From positions 763,851-827,850 of the forward strand of contig CAWANO010000010.1 of the NCBI GenBank assembly GCA_963783425.1: a stretch of DNA of 64,000 nt. The letters are read 5' to 3'. This DNA comes from an uncultured delta proteobacterium (GTDB taxonomy: Bacteria > Desulfobacterota > Desulfobacteria > Desulfobacterales > QNYZ01). The position numbers and the translations under genes were made by a program. The notes under the pieces are model-generated. The model did no database searches, was not told the DNA's origin, and worked only from the letters and a program-made list of their open reading frames with translations. How positions within the stretch are numbered: position 1 is the stretch's first letter; every line of letters starts with the position of its first letter. Shown here piece after piece: positions 60,416 through 64,000 of the stretch.

Positions 60416-60445
60416 CTTGGAAAACTTTGAAATAGCTGGCGTCCT

Positions 60446-61231
60446 TTATTTGTCCACGACCGATTCCCTGAGCTTGAAATCCCCCTCCTTGAAGAGCAAA
60501 AATTTCAGCCAGCGCATGCCGAATTTGAGCAAGGCGATTTCGTCCGCCTTGATGGCCGTTACCGTCTCCGGGTCGATCGCGTAGCGCTCAAGAAACGAGC
60601 TGTTGAAAACAAAATCCCTGAATTTGTCGATGTTATAGCTGGCCAGAAAAAACATGCGCTTGGCCTCTTCGGTGAGCATCACATTTTTTGGAAAGGAGCG
60701 CTTGCGCACCACCAAATCGGTCCATTCGGCGTTGATCTCGTCGTGGATATCGACGCCCTGATCCTTGCGCCACTCTTCCACGCGCCACTGTTTCGGCTCT
60801 TCGAAACCCAGACAGTGGGACTCGTGCACAAAAAAGTAAAAGCCGTCGTCATCGGCCCCCTCCTTGTGGCTCAGCGAGGCTACCCCCAGGGGATAGTAGC
60901 GGCAGGAGGTGGGGCGGTCGGCATAGACCAGACAGCCGTCATCGCGCACAAAGGGGCACGACTCCTGATCGTCGTCGAGCATCTTGAGAGTCACCACGGG
61001 CAGATCGGTCTTCTCCAGTATTTCCGGCTTGGTGTAGATGGCCAGAAATTCATCTGAGGGCAATTCCAAGCGATTTTTAAGGCGGATGATGTCGTAGGGG
61101 GTCAGCACGATATTGATGCCCCGGCAGCATTTGGTGAAGCACTTGACCATCTTGTGGCATTCGAATTGAAAACGGCTATCTTTGCTCAGTTTTTCAGGTC
61201 TAATTTCGGCAGGGGTTTGGTCCTCGGCCAT
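60446..61231 (-). CDS. YkgJ-family cysteine-cluster protein (CxxCxxCC; FliB-like)
   Basis: FECHKMVKCFTKCCRG...CPFVRDDGCLVYADRPTSCRYYP matches the UPF0153/YkgJ pattern. Confidence 0.75.
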   Translation of the reverse strand: MAEDQTPAEIRPEKLSKDSRFQFECHKMVKCFTKCCRGINIVLTPYDIIRLKNRLELPSDEFLAIYTKPEILEKTDLPVVTLKMLDDDQESCPFVRDDGCLVYADRPTSCRYYPLGVASLSHKEGADDDGFYFFVHESHCLGFEEPKQWRVEEWRKDQGVDIHDEINAEWTDLVVRKRSFPKNVMLTEEAKRMFFLASYNIDKFRDFVFNSSFLERYAIDPETVTAIKADEIALLKFGMRWLKFLLFKEGDFKLRESVVDK

Positions 61232-61472
61232 GGGTGGTTCCTTTCTCGATTACGGCGAAAAAAGCGATAGTGCTTGTCAACCAACGCTCCCTAAATAACC
61301 CTCTACGGTGCCAAGAGTCAACCGCCGTCCGGAAGGCTGGGCTGGATGATTTCGCCAGGGTTTGCGATGAGGGCCGGGCGTGTCAACCGTTGGACCTGGA
61401 ATTTGGGCTTGATTTGTATTTTCAAACTGGAGTACATTTTTTATTTAGGTTTAAGATGATAGATACGGCGGC

Positions 61473-61964
61473 ATGCAAGAGCGAAACAGTCACATAGGTG
61501 AATCGAATGGCGACGCCACCGCTACCGAAATGCGTTGCTGGCCGGTGGCGGTCGCCAGGCGTTATCTCGGCCGCCTGACCACCGGTGGTGAGGTTGTTGA
61601 ACAGCTGGCGCGCTTTTGCCGCCAGGAGAAAATTGCGGCGGCGCGGTTCAGCCTCAGCGGAACTGTGAGCACTTACACCATCGGCAGTTTCGATGAAACC
61701 CAAAGGGTGTGGGTAACGCACCGCCAAGCGAGCGCCGCCACCATCGCTTCGGCTTACGGCACCATGTTACCGCGCAGTGATGATGGGACCCTTTTTGTTC
61801 AGGCCCAGGCGCTTTTCAGTGATGCAGGCGGACAACTGGAAGGGGGGCGGCTTTTCCCCCCTACTATTGCCCACCAGATAGAGTTTGAGCTGCAGGTGCT
61901 GAGCGGCGTCGTGCCGCGGCGCTACTGCAACCCCAAAAGTGGTCTCTTCGAGCTCCACGCATAG
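61473..61964 (+). CDS. PPC (DUF296) domain protein
   Basis: RLTTGGEVVEQLARFCRQEKIAAARFSLSGTVSTYTIGSF...IASAYGTM pattern typical of PPC domains. The start may be ATG 61530. Confidence 0.55.
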   Translation: MQERNSHIGESNGDATATEMRCWPVAVARRYLGRLTTGGEVVEQLARFCRQEKIAAARFSLSGTVSTYTIGSFDETQRVWVTHRQASAATIASAYGTMLPRSDDGTLFVQAQALFSDAGGQLEGGRLFPPTIAHQIEFELQVLSGVVPRRYCNPKSGLFELHA

Positions 61965-62057
61965 TGTTCGGGGTAACCTTGATTAACCTTAAGTTAAGGG
62001 CGGTCATTTTTCGCATCGCCCGGCACAATGGACTCAGAGCCAGGGGGAGGGGGTTTC

Positions 62058-63122
62058 ATGACCATTTCCATCACCAAAACGACACAGCCCAAGCCAATGC
62101 CGGATCAGTCCAAATTGGGTTTCGGCACTTTTTTCAGCGATCACATGTTCAACATGGATTACGATCCCCAAAACGGCTGGCACAACCCGCGCATCGAGCC
62201 TTACGGCAAGTTGAGCCTCGATCCGGCCACCATGGTGTTTCACTATGGCCAGGCGGTTTTTGAGGGACTCAAGGCCTACCGCACCGCTCAGGGCCGCATT
62301 CAGCTCTTTCGCGCCAAGGACAACTTTACGCGCCTGAACCGCTCTTGCCGCCTGCTCTGCATTCCCGAAATCGACGAGTCCCAGATGTTAGGCGCCCTGA
62401 AACAGCTTTTGGAAGTGGAGGCGGCCTGGGTGCCAAGCGCCGAGGGTACCTCGCTCTACGTGCGGCCCACCATCATTGCCACCGATCCCTTTCTGGGCGT
62501 GCGGGCCTCGTTCGGCTACCGCTTTTTCATCATCCTCTCGCCGGTGGGGGCCTACTATCCCGAAGGCTTCAACCCGATCAAGATCTGGGTCTCCAAGGAC
62601 CATGTGCGCGCCACGCCGGGCGGCGTGGGAGAGGCCAAGACGGCCGGCAATTACGCCGCCAGCCTGCTGGCCGGAGATAAAGCCCACGACGCCGGTTACA
62701 CCCAGGTGCTGTGGTTGGACGGGGTCACCCGCAAGAACATCGAAGAGGTGGGCTCGATGAACATCTTTTTCGTCATCGACGATGAGGTGATCACCCCCGC
62801 TCTGAGCGGCAGCATTCTGCCGGGCATCACCCGTGATTCTGTGCTGGCCTTGACGCGATACTGGGGTATGCGTGTCTCCGAGCGCCAGATCACCATCGAC
62901 GAGGTGATGGCGGCCCATGCCAAGGGCCGTCTGCAGGAGGTTTTCGGAACGGGTACGGCCGCGGTGATATCGCCCGTGGGCGAGCTGAAATATGACGAAA
63001 AGGTGATCGAAATCACCCAGGGCCAAGTGGGCCCCCTGGCCCAGAAGCTCTACGATGCCATCACCGACATCCAATACGGTAAATCAGCCGAGTTTCCGGA
63101 ATGGATCGAACCGGTAACTTGA
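62058..63122 (+). CDS. ilvE: Branched-chain amino acid aminotransferase
   Basis: LGFGTFFSDHMF...HYGQAVFEGLKAY...GEAKTAGNYAASL...GTGTAAVISPV. SD GGAGGGGG lies before ATG 62058. Confidence 0.93.
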   Translation: MTISITKTTQPKPMPDQSKLGFGTFFSDHMFNMDYDPQNGWHNPRIEPYGKLSLDPATMVFHYGQAVFEGLKAYRTAQGRIQLFRAKDNFTRLNRSCRLLCIPEIDESQMLGALKQLLEVEAAWVPSAEGTSLYVRPTIIATDPFLGVRASFGYRFFIILSPVGAYYPEGFNPIKIWVSKDHVRATPGGVGEAKTAGNYAASLLAGDKAHDAGYTQVLWLDGVTRKNIEEVGSMNIFFVIDDEVITPALSGSILPGITRDSVLALTRYWGMRVSERQITIDEVMAAHAKGRLQEVFGTGTAAVISPVGELKYDEKVIEITQGQVGPLAQKLYDAITDIQYGKSAEFPEWIEPVT

Positions 63123-63140
63123 TGGTGCTCTCGGGACAAG

Positions 63141-64000
63141 ATGATGACCGAAACTGAACGAACCGGTGCCGCGAGGGCATTTCGCACCAAAATGGCGGCG
63201 GAAAACCTCCCCGATTTGGTGATCGACACCTTTGTTTACTACTACGAAAAACTGGTTGCCGGCGATAAGGGCCTGATTGCCGATAGCCAGATCGATGCCG
63301 TTTCTCCGGAGGAGATGGCCGCCTACGAGCGGCTGGCAACATTCGAAGCCGCCGGAAGCGAACGGTTCGGTCAAACCGTGATGATTCGGCTCAACGGCGG
63401 GCTGGGCACCAGCATGGGCTTGCGGTGCCCCAAGTCGCTGTTGGCCGTCAAAGATGGCCGTTCCTTTCTCGAGATCATCGTCGGTCAGGCGCACGGCCAG
63501 GGCGCCCAGCTCTCTTTGATGAACAGTTTCAATACGCAGACCGATACCGAGGCGGCATTGGCGGCCATGCGCGCGGAACCCGCCCCGCGCCTATTCCTGC
63601 AAAACAAGTTTCCCAAAGTTGACCAGCAAAATTTGACCCCGGTGGTGTGGCCCAGTAACCCCCACCTGGAGTGGAATCCGCCCGGACATGGGGATATCTT
63701 CACAGCTCTGCGCACCTCCGGGCTGCTGGATCAACTGCTGGCCGAAGGCGTACAGTACGCCTTTATCGCCAACGCAGACAATCTCGGCGCTACGCTGGAC
63801 CCGGCCCTGCTGGGCTATTTTGTCGATCAGGGTGCGCCCTTTATGATGGAGGTGGCCCAAAAGACGCCCTCGGATATCAAGGGCGGCCATCTGGCGCGCC
63901 TTAAAAACGGTCGGTTGGTACTGCGTGAATCGGCTCAGTGCCCCAAGGAGGAGCTTGACGCCTTTCGCGACATCCGGCGCTACCGCTATTTCAACACCAA
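63141..64000 (+). CDS. UTP-glucose-1-phosphate uridylyltransferase, UDPGP (eukaryote-like) family, 5' partial to the window end
   Basis: Not in the ORF track because there is no stop before the window end. ATG 63141 opens MMTETERTGAARAFRTKM...MIRLNGGLGTSMGL...NPPGHGDIF...IANADNLGA...KGGHLA, which is the UDPGP signature. Confidence 0.85.
   Translation, partial: MMTETERTGAARAFRTKMAAENLPDLVIDTFVYYYEKLVAGDKGLIADSQIDAVSPEEMAAYERLATFEAAGSERFGQTVMIRLNGGLGTSMGLRCPKSLLAVKDGRSFLEIIVGQAHGQGAQLSLMNSFNTQTDTEAALAAMRAEPAPRLFLQNKFPKVDQQNLTPVVWPSNPHLEWNPPGHGDIFTALRTSGLLDQLLAEGVQYAFIANADNLGATLDPALLGYFVDQGAPFMMEVAQKTPSDIKGGHLARLKNGRLVLRESAQCPKEELDAFRDIRRYRYFNT

Overview
GC-rich chromosomal window from a sulfate-reducing, Desulfobacterales-like deltaproteobacterium. 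No rRNA, tRNA or CRISPR array was seen. Reading left to right, it contains: (1) on the minus strand, a T2SS-like pseudopilin and platform operon (gspF-G-H-I-J-K-L-M) directly downstream of a type IV pilus pilM-N-O-P-Q operon, with a divergent sensor kinase and sigma-54 response regulator pair; (2) a TPR protein, a frameshifted SH3b protein, a PflX-type radical SAM, an FmdB zinc ribbon and recN; (3) a three-gene split glutamate synthase behind a sigma-54-type promoter, then carA, carB, purF and a radical SAM gene; (4) a GT2 and O-antigen-ligase pair, then an mvhD / hdrD-like / metV / metF operon in which two genes carry in-frame UGA (selenocysteine) codons; (5) an EamA transporter and moaC, then an IS1380-family element inserted at a TTAA at the moaC stop codon and itself interrupted by an IS630-family element; (6) rmuC, frameshifted mltA, tatA/B, tatC and a tetraheme cytochrome c3; (7) reductive-type dsrA-B-D-N preceded by an uncharacterised 388-aa protein and a TPR protein; (8) a dapA paralog, a CBS protein with a DASS transporter, a low-GC noncoding island with C/G-tract palindromes, a methyltransferase, a YkgJ protein, a PPC-domain protein, ilvE and a partial UDPGP-type UGPase. 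Three chromosomal genes (recN, the SH3b protein, mltA) are each broken by a single-base indel, two inside a homopolymer run and one at the end of one. This pattern suggests assembly error rather than biology. I found no clearly novel multi-gene system. The most interesting items are the Sec-containing Mvh/Hdr-MetVF module, the T4P/T2SS hybrid locus and the unknown gene pair upstream of dsrAB.
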